A stretch of DNA of 64,000 nucleotides from Macrostomum lignano (Eukaryota): positions 1 to 64,000 of the forward strand of contig NIVC01001007.1 of the NCBI GenBank assembly GCA_002269645.1, read 5' to 3'. This document shows, in pieces, positions 33,385-44,700 of this stretch. A program made the translations under genes and the position numbers. The first letter of the stretch is position 1. The number at the start of each line of letters is the position of its first letter. Below the pieces are notes generated by a model that was given only the letters and a program-made list of their open reading frames with translations, searched no databases and was not told where the DNA came from.

Positions 33385-36300
33385 ATGTCGGTTGTTCAAA
33401 ACAAGGAGCAGCCGCCATCGACTGCATCCCAGGCAGATCAGACTCAGGCTAGTCATGGATGTTTCGATCAGTTCAAGCAGTTACTTCTGCTGCTGCTCAA
33501 GCTCAAGGCGTGGCGCCTCGCAGCAATTTGTGTGCCCATTGCGTTAGCGGCATCAGCTTTGTACGTCATGCCCAAGATAGCCAAGACATTGCAGCGTGGT
33601 GGCTTCGGCACTAGCAGAGATGGCAGCGACCATCTCCTGTTCTACGGCGGCTCCGACTTGGCGGCATCGAAGGCCAAGGTTCTGGTCGACCGCTCCAGCT
33701 TCCCCGCTGAGGCAGCTGCCGCTACAAGCATCGTGAAGAACGAAGGCGGAAATTCCAATTGGATCGAGGAGTGCGCGTCAGAGACCGACTGCAGAGAGCG
33801 GCTCATGTTTGATGAGAATGATGACGCAATCGTTGCGCTGATCCGCTACTCGAAAACACCTGACAAGTCGCGAAGTGTATTGGAATGCCCCAAACTCAAA
33901 GGACCCAAGGTCGACATCAGATGCGCTTTTCTGTATAAAGTAATGGTTCTGTCAATGCAGAAAACGCTGGGCGCCGAGACTTTTAAAGAGATGCAAATCT
34001 ACGAGCTGTTTGACAAGCGCTCTAACAATAGCAGCAAGGTCGAGCGCTACGACAATAAAAATACGAAATCCTGGCCAAACTCGGCTTGCGCGAACTGGAT
34101 CAAAACGGGCCTCTTTCAGCAAATAGCGTCACAAAGCGTACCCGTCTCAGTCAGCCTGTCAGCGATCGGACTGAACTTCTACCTGCTCATCTCCACTGTC
34201 TCCTGCATCCGCATGATCAAGAGCAATGGCTTCCTGCAGCAGCTGTTTCGCAGCGGCCTGTCCGTGTCTGCCTATTGGCTGGTAATTTGGCCCGTCACTG
34301 CGCTCGAGTGCCTCTTTTTTGCGGGCGTTTTCACAGCATCGAACGCGCTGAAGTGCTCAGGAGTTTTTCCGGCCTCCGTCATGGGCCGCCTCTTCATCTT
34401 CTTCACACTGTTTTGCCTCAACCTGGCTGCCTTCATGCTGCTGATGGAGCTGCTTCTGCCACCACAGATGCTCGTGTCCATAGTGACCATTGTGATGAGC
34501 ATCGGAATTCTGGTAGCAAGTTTCAACGGTACTATTCTCAAAAAATATGCGAAATTCTTATTGTACATTTTTTCGCCCCTGTTCGCCTCCGAGTACATCA
34601 TCAAGCTGTTCAACTCTGAGGTGAGGCGACAGTTCTCAGTAGCTGAGCTGAAGAATGAAGACGACTCTGAGCGACTCTCCCAGATTCTGACCTGGACAGC
34701 GATTGGGCTGCTGCTGTTTGCTCTGCTGCTGACTTATCTGGACTTCATCTTGAGCAGCGGCAATGGTCTTTGTCTATCACCGCACCACCCGTTCATGCCC
34801 GACTTCTGGTGCCCGAAAGGCCACAAGGACCGAAGCGACTCCGCACCGAGCGAAGGCCCAGAAGAGAAACTCGAGTCCCACATTGAGCCGGTGATGGAGC
34901 TGCCGCCCATCATTGCCGTCAAAGCCGTCACAAAGACTTACAGAAACTGCTGCCTGTGCTGTCAGGATGCCACTGCTGTGCTAAAGAATTTATCATGTGA
35001 GTCTCATGCTAGCTGATCATTTCATCTCGCTCACTGTATAAGCTCTTGTTTTTAGTCAGATAGTCTCAAGGTAAAGCACAATGTAGCTCGCACAGCACAC
35101 TAGCGAGGAGTGATCCTACAATTTTAATACCATTGTATAACAGTTACGATTTCTTGTTGGGAAGAAATAACCGAATAACCGCACTTTTTGCGGTTTAATG
35201 CTGCCAAAAAGCAAATTGACCCATACCCAACGCATCGTCTTAGTACTCACCTGCTAGGCCTCAAAAGCTTCGAAATAATTGAATAGGTCACGCAATTATT
35301 AGTGCAACGACAGTGAATCACCTGTAAGCGTGCACCTTTAGGGTTTGACGTTTACGGTGGTTATTGGCCGTTGCTTTGTCCACTTGTACTCCTTGTGTAC
35401 TCTCTCTCTCTCTCTGTCGCGCCCCTCCCTCTCTCTGCCCCGTGAGCACTCCCTCCCCCGATCTTGCTTTAAGGCCGTTTCGCGTTGATTTAGCGAGAAT
35501 ATCCGCAGCGTTTGCAATTCTGAAAAAGACAGAAAATCTTTTTTCTGCACAAAATTAACTGATACAGTTCTTGACACGTAGCTGTCTTTTCACCACCAAA
35601 TGCAGGCACGATTTACCGAGGCCAGATCACGGCTCTCATCGGACACAACGGCGCTGGCAAGTCGACGCTCATCAAGGTCCTTACAGGCGAGGAGCTGCCA
35701 GACGAGGGAACAGCCCACATCGGTGGCTGTCTGGTGACGAACCCGCTGATCCGTCTGTCGCTCAGAGGTCGGATCGGCACCTGTCCGCAGTTCGACGCCC
35801 TCTGCGACTCGCTCACCGTGATGGAGTGCATCCGAGTCACGCTCATCAGCAAGGCGGCCAGCGACACCAGCCATTTGGAGAGAGCTCGCGGAATGCTGCA
35901 GAGACTCGGTCTCGGAGACAAGGAGGATGTGCTGTCTTGCAACCTGAGCGGCGGTCAGAAGAGGAAGGTGAGCACGATCCTGGCTCTGATGGGCGACCCG
36001 GACGTTGTGTTTCTGGATGAGCCAACGAGCGGACTGGACCCGGTGTCGAGGCGGCAGCTGTGGCAGCTGCTGCAGGAGGAGAAGAGCGCCCGCTCCATCA
36101 TCCTGTGCACGCAGTTCATGGACGAGGCGGACATCCTGGCAGACCGCAAGATCTTCCTGTGCGGCGGCAAGATCGTGTGCGTTGGGTCTTCGATGTTTCT
36201 GAAGCGAGCGTTCGGCTGCAGCTTCACGCTGAATGTGTCGCTGAAGTCCAAGTCAGGCGCGGAGTCGCTGCTGGCCAAGCTGAAGCAGGTCCGATTGAAG

Positions 36301-39246
36301 AGTCAGGATGACACCGAGCTGCAGCTGGAGGTTCCTGCTTTGAACTCGGATGTTTTGATCAAGGCGGTTCAGGTTCTGGAGACCAGCAAAGAAGTCGAGA
36401 CATTCGGTCTGTCTCAGGCTTCTCTCGATGACATTTTCATGAGGCTGGGCGGGATGGACTCCGACGAAGTCTTCAAGGCATTTCGAGCGGGCACTTTGAA
36501 ACTTCCTCCACTTTCTGAATCAACCAATGTGGCAGTGGCTACAGCTGAGACAAAAAAGAGTTTGGATGAAGGGTTAAAGAGTTCAAAACAATTGAGAACG
36601 TCCATATTCGTTCAGTTTTGCGCACTGTTTGCTACCAACCTCAAGCGGCAAGTGCGGGTCCGGTCAAACCTGGTGAGCAGATTTTTGGTGCCTGCCACCC
36701 TGTTTGCGCTAATGGTTGCTAGTGCCTTTACATTAAAAGGACCCAAGGAGATAAGAACGACCGACCCAAAGGACCATCGGATGGACATTTTGATCCGTCC
36801 AGCAGCGCCTCGGATAGACAGTAATGGCTTAAATGAAATTCGGATCGCATGCGTCTCTGATGGAAAGGCGAACTCGATTTCCAAGAAGGACTGCAAAAGT
36901 CTAGTTATTCCGTACGAGAGCAAGGCCATGGCTCCGCCACCAATTGTGATAACAAAGTCCCCGTCCCAAGCATAAAAGACTTCATGTCTCAGAGGTCAAC
37001 CAGAGATCAACTTTATAACCATCAGAAAGATATGAAGACAGGGCGAATCCCGACATACGCTGTGTTCTACGCTTCACCCTGGCTCAAGAATGCGTCAAAC
37101 AAGGACCGGTCGGTCAGCATCGGGGTTATCGAGCTGGTCAGCTATCGAGCTATCGAGCCGGCGCTCATCTACAGTGACCATCAATCAACAGTGCACTTTC
37201 ACAGAAGAGCGCTGGTTGAACTGTTGGCATATTTTGGAATGGCCGGATCCAAAAACACCACCGCTGTTGCTCTCCTCGAGCCGGCCAGCAGCACGACTGT
37301 AGTTAAAACCGGGCTGCAACTGCCAGTGTTTTACCTCGTATTCTCAATGCTGTCAGTGTCATATCTGAGCGATCCGATCGAAGACATGAGCAGCCGAGTG
37401 CGCAGTTACCTGATAGCAACTGGCATGACCCACCTGGCCTACTGGGTCAACACATTCTTGATGCACTGGGTTCAGTACGCTATTTGCTACGTGATTGCTG
37501 TCGGGCTGCTAATGATTTCTGATACGTTCAGAGGGACTTATCTTGTTTTGGCTGCGTTCTTGCCAGTCTTTCTACTCGGAACCGTGTCCAACCTGCTGAC
37601 AATCTACACCATCGCTGTTCTCACAAAGACAAAAAACACCCTGGTCTCCACAGGCTGCATACTGGCCGCCGTGTTTTTACCTGTCGCTATGATGCTAATT
37701 AACAGTTACTCCGTCATCATGAAAGTGCTAATCTGGACAGTTCCTCCAGCGGCTCCCCTTGGTCTGGTTGTCAGCTGCGCCAATTTTTATTTCTTAAAGC
37801 TTGCCTACTATCAAATCAAAGACGGCTCTGAGCTGCCTGGCATGATCGAAAGTCTGTGGACGAATTCTGGCATCTTCCACTCTCTTATAGCGATGCCGGT
37901 GCATATCATTATCTTGTTGGGCATCATCTGTGCCGTGGAGAAAAGCGCCGCAATTAAAGAGGCCGTGTGCCACCGCGGAGCCCAGACCAAGCCTGACCAG
38001 CTCGATAGCGACATGGAAGACGGCGCAAAGAAAGAAGCAGAGCGGGTGCTGGCGGCTCCCAGGAGCTCCAATAACGTGCTGGAGGTTCGACAGCTGCAAA
38101 AGATTTACCCCAACAGAGTCCACGCTGTGCGAGGCGTCACATTCGGAGCGATGGGCGGCGAGATCTTCGGTCTGCTGGGAGTGAACGGAGCCGGCAAGTC
38201 CACCTCCATGTCGGTGATTGTCGGCGAGGAGGCCGCGACGGAGGGCGTCTGCGAGGTCCGCGTGCAGGACGGCGCCTGGCTGTCCGGTCGGGAGGGATCC
38301 ACAATCGGCGCCATCGGCTACTGCCCGCAGCACAGCCCGCTGTTCAGCAGCATCACCGTGGCCGAGCACATCCGCTTTTACGCGGACATCCGCGGCCTGG
38401 ACTCAATCGAGGCGGAGCAACAGACGACCCGGCTGATGCAGAGCCTCGGCCTGTCGCAGCACAGCGACAAGCAGGCCGGCCAGCTGTCGGGCGGCAACAA
38501 GCGGCGTCTCTGCCTCGCCATCGCTCTGCTGGGCGACCCGGCGCTCATCGTCATCGACGAGGCCTCGACTGGCGTAGATCCCGAGAACAAGCGCTTCATC
38601 TGGGGCGCCATCCGCCGCATGGTGCACAAGCAGAGGTCGGTGATGGTCACGACTCACAGCATGGAGGAGGTCGAGGCTCTGTGCAGTCGGGTCGGCATCA
38701 TGAACAAGGGCAGGATGATCTCGGTGGGCACAGTGCAGAATCTGCTAAGCCGGTGAGTCTGATTGTCTACATGTATTCTGACTGCTATCATAAGTTGATT
38801 TTTTACAGGATGCGTCAAACTCCTAGGTTATGACAGCTGATTTTTCTCCTTTATGCCGTCACGTTGAACGTTCTTGTTTATATTTATGCTCTGCTTACCA
38901 CAGCCACGGAGACGCGTACACGCTGGAGCTGCTGCTGGATCCGGAGACTGGGTCAGAGATAAAGCAAAAGAGACTCGTGATTAAAAATTCGGTGTCGGAG
39001 CAGTTCAAAGGAGCGCAGACGCAGGACGATCTCGGCCTCGGCCTGGTCATGCAGTTCTCGGTGCCCAAGTCGTCAGTGCGCAGGCTGTCTGATGCGTTGA
39101 GGTGGCTGGCGGCCAACCAGAGCCGGCTGAAGGTGAGCTACTGGGCCCTCTACCAGATGTCGCTGGACCAGGTGTTCGTGAAGCTGGTCAAAACGTACGA
39201 CCACTCGGGCCAGACACTTGGAGCGAATACTGGCAGCACGGCCTGA
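33385..39246 (+). CDS. ABCA-subfamily full transporter (TMD-NBD-TMD-NBD, ~1700 aa), ABCA5/6-like; one frameshift
   Basis: Exons 33385-34996, 35606-38752 and 38904-39246 (GTGAGT donors; phases 1 and 2 join to give KNLSCTIYRGQITALIGHNGAGKSTL and LLSRHGDAYTLEL). NBD1: LSGGQKRK, VFLDEPTSGLD, CTQFMDEADILADRK. NBD2: GVNGAGKST, LSGGNKRRL, VIDEASTGVDP, TTHSMEE. A single frame change lies between ~36860 and ~36970 (TAA at 36973). Confidence 0.92.
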
Positions 39247-39367
39247 GGAATCAAGTCTCATCAGTGCAGAGGCTGGCTGCGGAACCACAAGCGTAACACT
39301 ATTTGTCTGTACCCATGCCGCATAAACTAACTTCTCATTTCTCAAGGTAAATATTCTTTTTTCTGTT

Positions 39368-39709
39368 TGGTTGCTAGAATAACTATATGGAAATCGAGAT
39401 ACAGCGCCTCGATTGTTCCCTCAAAGATCTCGGTTACGACTTCGCATTGGTGCTGAATTTCGCTCTTGTCAGAACCGTATTGTAGTAGCCAGGCCAGTTT
39501 GTTTCAAATTTTGGTCAGCGCCGACTTGAACTTGGTCTTTTGTCGCCTCAGTAGAGCATTCAGCGGAGCAACATCGGGCTCTGGCGCTTGCTTCTGTTTT
39601 TTGTCGTCGCTCCACTGATCTGACAGACTATTGGACACGATGTACTGTGGCTTGAGTAATCACACTCTGCTACCAGATGGTTGCTAGAATAACTATATGG
39701 AAATCGAGA
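39368..39709. repeat. 32-bp perfect direct repeat (39368-39399 and 39678-39709) flanking a 278-bp insert
   Basis: TGGTTGCTAGAATAACTATATGGAAATCGAGA occurs twice exactly. Confidence 0.9.
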
Positions 39710-40239
39710 CACTTAGCTATAAGCGATGAAAGCGAAAAGAGTATATTTGAGCGAGATACTTTAGGTCGGTATTTAAAGGTGAATGAGCGTACAATACGAT
39801 TGAGCGCAATGTGGGGTGGGGCGATCAATAAATTTGGGTACGATCAATCATACGGTCAATCATTAGATAAATATGTTAGCCTAATTGAGCATACAGTTAA
39901 TGATTGCAACGGACAAGTACGAGCGTACAATAAATACTGCGAAACAGTGGCATCTCCAGAACACTGTTATAGTCTGCCACAACTGAAAATTTTTCTTTCT
40001 ATTCGTATGACTGTGCAAGTCGACGATATTACTGGCAACATTTCTAATACAATATAACGAACGTTAATGTTTCTGGAACTCCTGTTAAAAATATGAAACG
40101 CTCTTAAAAGTTTTAACGCAAGTTCTGTGGTAAAGTTGCGCGTCTGAGGAAAAGTAGAATTAAGAAGGTCTATATTAGTAGCAGTTAGCACAGCACCAAA
40201 AGGCCCAAAACAAGGCTGATAGCAACACTGTTAAAACAT

Positions 40240-40728
40240 AGCAGCAGTGCATCACACTGACATTGCAGCACAGCAGCAGTGCATCACACTGACATTGCAG
40301 CACAGCAGCAGTGCATCACACTGACATTGCAGCACAGCAGCAGTGCATCACACTGACATTGCAGCACAGCACCAGTGCATCACACTGATATTGCAGCACA
40401 GCACCAGTGCATCACACTGACATTGCAGCACAGCAGCAGTGCATCACACTGACATTGCAGCACAGCACCAGTGCATCACACTGATATTGCAGCACAGCAC
40501 CAGTGCATCACACTGACATTGCAGCACAGCACCAGTGCATCACACTGACATTGCAGCACAGCACCAGTGCATCACACTGACATTGCAGCACAGCACCAGT
40601 TCATCACACTGACATTGCAGCACAGCACCAGTGCATCACACTGATATTGCAGCACAGCAGCAGTGCATCACACTGATATTGCAGCACAGCACCAGTGCAT
40701 CACACTGATATTGCAGAACAGCACCAGT
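40240..40728. repeat. 32-bp minisatellite, ~15 copies (GCAGCACAGCASCAGTGCATCACACTGAYATT)
   Basis: Direct period count. Confidence 0.95.
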
Positions 40729-41744
40729 TCAAACTCGGATAAAGAATTGAGCACATGTGAGTCGCTCCTCACTTGGTATTAAGAGTCGTGGTCATATTTT
40801 TAAAAGAGAGACTGGGGGAATCGTCTTGTTTCGCAAAAATTTATTTGTCTTCCCGTGCGGTTTATTACATTATACTTCTATCTGAGCCAGTTATTTTTAT
40901 CTCGCTCGATCTTCGCTTTTAACATCTCTTTCCCTCCCGTTCCTTCCTATTGGCTCGTGACTACCATAGACAAAGTCTTTTTCATCTCGATTTCGTTTTC
41001 GCCCCCCTCTGAAAGTAACACCATCTGAAAGTAGTATCGTGGACTATATATGACTATAATGCCAGTGGATACAGCATGCGAAGCTTTGAGCAAAAATTCA
41101 ATCTGCTTGCTTCTGTACATTAGGTCAATTCATAAGATTCACTTGAATCTAAATACGTTATATTACTAAAATACATGGTACGTTATATTTTGCAGTGTAT
41201 ATACAAGAGTCGTTGTGTGACCGTACCATGTTCCGTAGCTACTAAGAAAAAAATATTTGAAGAACAGTAGCAGACACCGAACGAAAACACAAAATACACT
41301 CAGCAACATTGAAAAGTTTCCACCCTTGCGCCAAGGGTCCATGGGCAGCACCATCGATGGTTTCGCCAATTGGTTTTGGGCCATAGACAAATGAGCAAAA
41401 AGGGCAGGTAAGGTTAAAGACCGATATCTGGGGGCGTTTGGATGACGCAGAATGTAGAAATGACACAATCGAATATATCCTCTAAATAACTAAAAATGAC
41501 GCGCAAAAAATTACCGTTTCTAAAAAGGATATATTCTAAATATACGCCATAAAAAAATGACGAAACTTAAACCAATAAAACAACACAAGATTTTCCCTAT
41601 CCCAACAAAAATAAAGCTAAAATCAGATACACTACTTTAAGGAGAAAAACAAAGACACATATTAGACTTCAAGAGACAAAACTACAATCCTTCGAAAAAC
41701 TATTTGAAGTTATAGTTATTCAAATAACTATGTAAATAACAATA

Positions 41745-44700
41745 TTTGCACCTGCGTATATCAGCCCCATTGAGTGTCATTTCTAAGCTCTCCATTTAAT
41801 TCTATATATTGACAGCGACAGGGCTAGTTAGAGATGCTGAGAGTAGCGGGCTCTGCGTCATCTTTGCACCTGTGTATATCAGCCCCATTGAGTGTCATTT
41901 CTAAGCTCTCCATTTAATTCTATATATTGACAGCGACAGGGCTAGTTAGAGATGCTGAGAGTAGCGGCTCTGCGTCATCTTTGCACCTGTGTATATCAGC
42001 CCCATTGAGTGTCATTTCTAAGCTCTCCATTTAATTCTATATATTGACAGCGACAGGGCTAGTTAGAGATGCTGAGAGTAGCGGGCTCTGCGTCATCTTT
42101 GCACCTGTGTATATCAGCCCCATTGAGTGTCATTTCTAAGCTCTCCATTTAATTCTATATATTGACAGCGACAGGGCTAGTTAGAGATGCTGAGAGTAGC
42201 GGCTCTGCGTCATCTTTGCACCTGTGTATATCAGCCCCATTGAGTGTCATTTCTAAGCTCTCCATTTAATTCTATATATTGACAGCGACAGGGCTAGTTA
42301 GAGATGCTGAGAGTAGCGGGCTCTGCGTCATCTTTGCACCTGTGTATATCAGCCCCATTGAGTGTCATTTCTAAGCTCTCCATTTAATTCTATATATTGA
42401 CAGCGACAGGGCTAGTTAGAGATGCTGAGAGTAGCGGGCTCTGCGTCATCTTTGCACCTGTGTATATCAGCCCCATTGAGTGTCATTTCTAAGCTCTCCA
42501 TTTAATTCTATATATTGACAGCGACAGGGCTAGTTAGAGATGCTGAGAGTAGCGGGCTCTGCGTCATCTTTGCACCTGTGTATATCAGCCCCATTGAGTG
42601 TCATTTCTAAGCTCTCCATTTAATTCTATATATTGACAGCGACAGGGCTAGTTAGAGATGCTGAGAGTAGCGGGCTCTGCGTCATCTTTGCACCTGTGTA
42701 TATCAGCCCCATTGAGTGTCATTTCTAAGCTCTCCATTTAATTCTATATATTGACAGCGACAGGGCTAGTTAGAGATGCTGAGAGTAGCGGGCTCTGCGT
42801 CATCTTTGCACCTGTGTATATCAGCCCCATTGAGTGTCATTTCTAAGCTCTCCATTTAATTCTATATATTGACAGCGACAGGGCTAGTTAGAGATGCTGA
42901 GAGTAGCGGGCTCTGCGTCATCTTTGCACCTGTGTATATCAGCCCCATTGAGTGTCATTTCTAAGCTCTCCATTTAATTCTATATATTGACAGCGACAGG
43001 GCTAGTTAGAGATGCTGAGAGTAGCGGGCTCTGCGTCATCTTTGCACCTGTGTATATCAGCCCCATTGAGTGTCATTTCTAAGCTCTCCATTTAATTCTA
43101 TATATTGACAGCGACAGGGCTAGTTAGAGATGCTGAGAGTAGCGGGCTCTGCGTCATCTTTGCACCTGTGTATATCAGCCCCATTGAGTGTCATTTCTAA
43201 GCTCTCCATTTAATTCTATATATTGACAGCGACAGGGCTAGTTAGAGATGCTGAGAGTAGCGGGCTCTGCGTCATCTTTGCACCTGTGTATATCAGCCCC
43301 ATTGAGTGTCATTTCTAAGCTCTCCATTTAATTCTATATATTGACAGCGACAGGGCTAGTTAGAGATGCTGAGAGTAGCGGGCTCTGCGTCATCTTTGCA
43401 CCTGTGTATATCAGCCCCATTGAGTGTCATTTCTAAGCTCTCCATTTAATTCTATATATTGACAGCGACAGGGCTAGTTAGAGATGCTGAGAGTAGCGGG
43501 CTCTGCGTCATCTTTGCACCTGTGTATATCAGCCCCATTGAGTGTCATTTCTAAGCTCTCCATTTAATTCTATATATTGACAGCGACAGGGCTAGTTAGA
43601 GATGCTGAGAGTAGCGGGCTCTGCGTCATCTTTGCACCTGTGTATATCAGCCCCATTGAGTGTCATTTCTAAGCTCTCCATTTAATTCTATATATTGACA
43701 GCGACAGGGCTAGTTAGAGATGCTGAGAGTAGCGGGCTCTGCGTCATCTTTGCACCTGTGTATATCAGCCCCATTGAGTGTCATTTCTAAGCTCTCCATT
43801 TAATTCTATATATTGACAGCGACAGGGCTAGTTAGAGATGCTGAGAGTAGCGGGCTCTGCGTCATCTTTGCACCTGTGTATATCAGCCCCATTGAGTGTC
43901 ATTTCTAAGCTCTCCATTTAATTCTATATATTGACAGCGACAGGGCTAGTTAGAGATGCTGAGAGTAGCGGGCTCTGCGTCATCTTTGCACCTGTGTATA
44001 TCAGCCCCATTGAGTGTCATTTCTAAGCTCTCCATTTAATTCTATATATTGACAGCGACAGGGCTAGTTAGAGATGCTGAGAGTAGCGGGCTCTGCGTCA
44101 TCTTTGCACCTGTGTATATCAGCCCCATTGAGTGTCATTTCTAAGCTCTCCATTTAATTCTATATATTGACAGCGACAGGGCTAGTTAGAGATGCTGAGA
44201 GTAGCGGGCTCTGCGTCATCTTTGCACCTGTGTATATCAGCCCCATTGAGTGTCATTTCTAAGCTCTCCATTTAATTCTATATATTGACAGCGACAGGGC
44301 TAGTTAGAGATGCTGAGAGTAGCGGGCTCTGCGTCATCTTTGCACCTGTGTATATCAGCCCCATTGAGTGTCATTTCTAAGCTCTCCATTTAATTCTATA
44401 TATTGACAGCGACAGGGCTAGTTAGAGATGCTGAGAGTAGCGGGCTCTGCGTCATCTTTGCACCTGTGTATATCAGCCCCATTGAGTGTCATTTCTAAGC
44501 TCTCCATTTAATTCTATATATTGACAGCGACAGGGCTAGTTAGAGATGCTGAGAGTAGCGGGCTCTGCGTCATCTTTGCACCTGTGTATATCAGCCCCAT
44601 TGAGTGTCATTTCTAAGCTCTCCATTTAATTCTATATATTGACAGCGACAGGGCTAGTTAGAGATGCTGAGAGTAGCGGGCTCTGCGTCATCTTTGCACC

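Noticed and set aside
39677-40057. 126-aa ORF downstream of the ABCA gene
   Set aside because: Its start lies in the duplicated 32-mer, and it has no recognisable motif or splice support.
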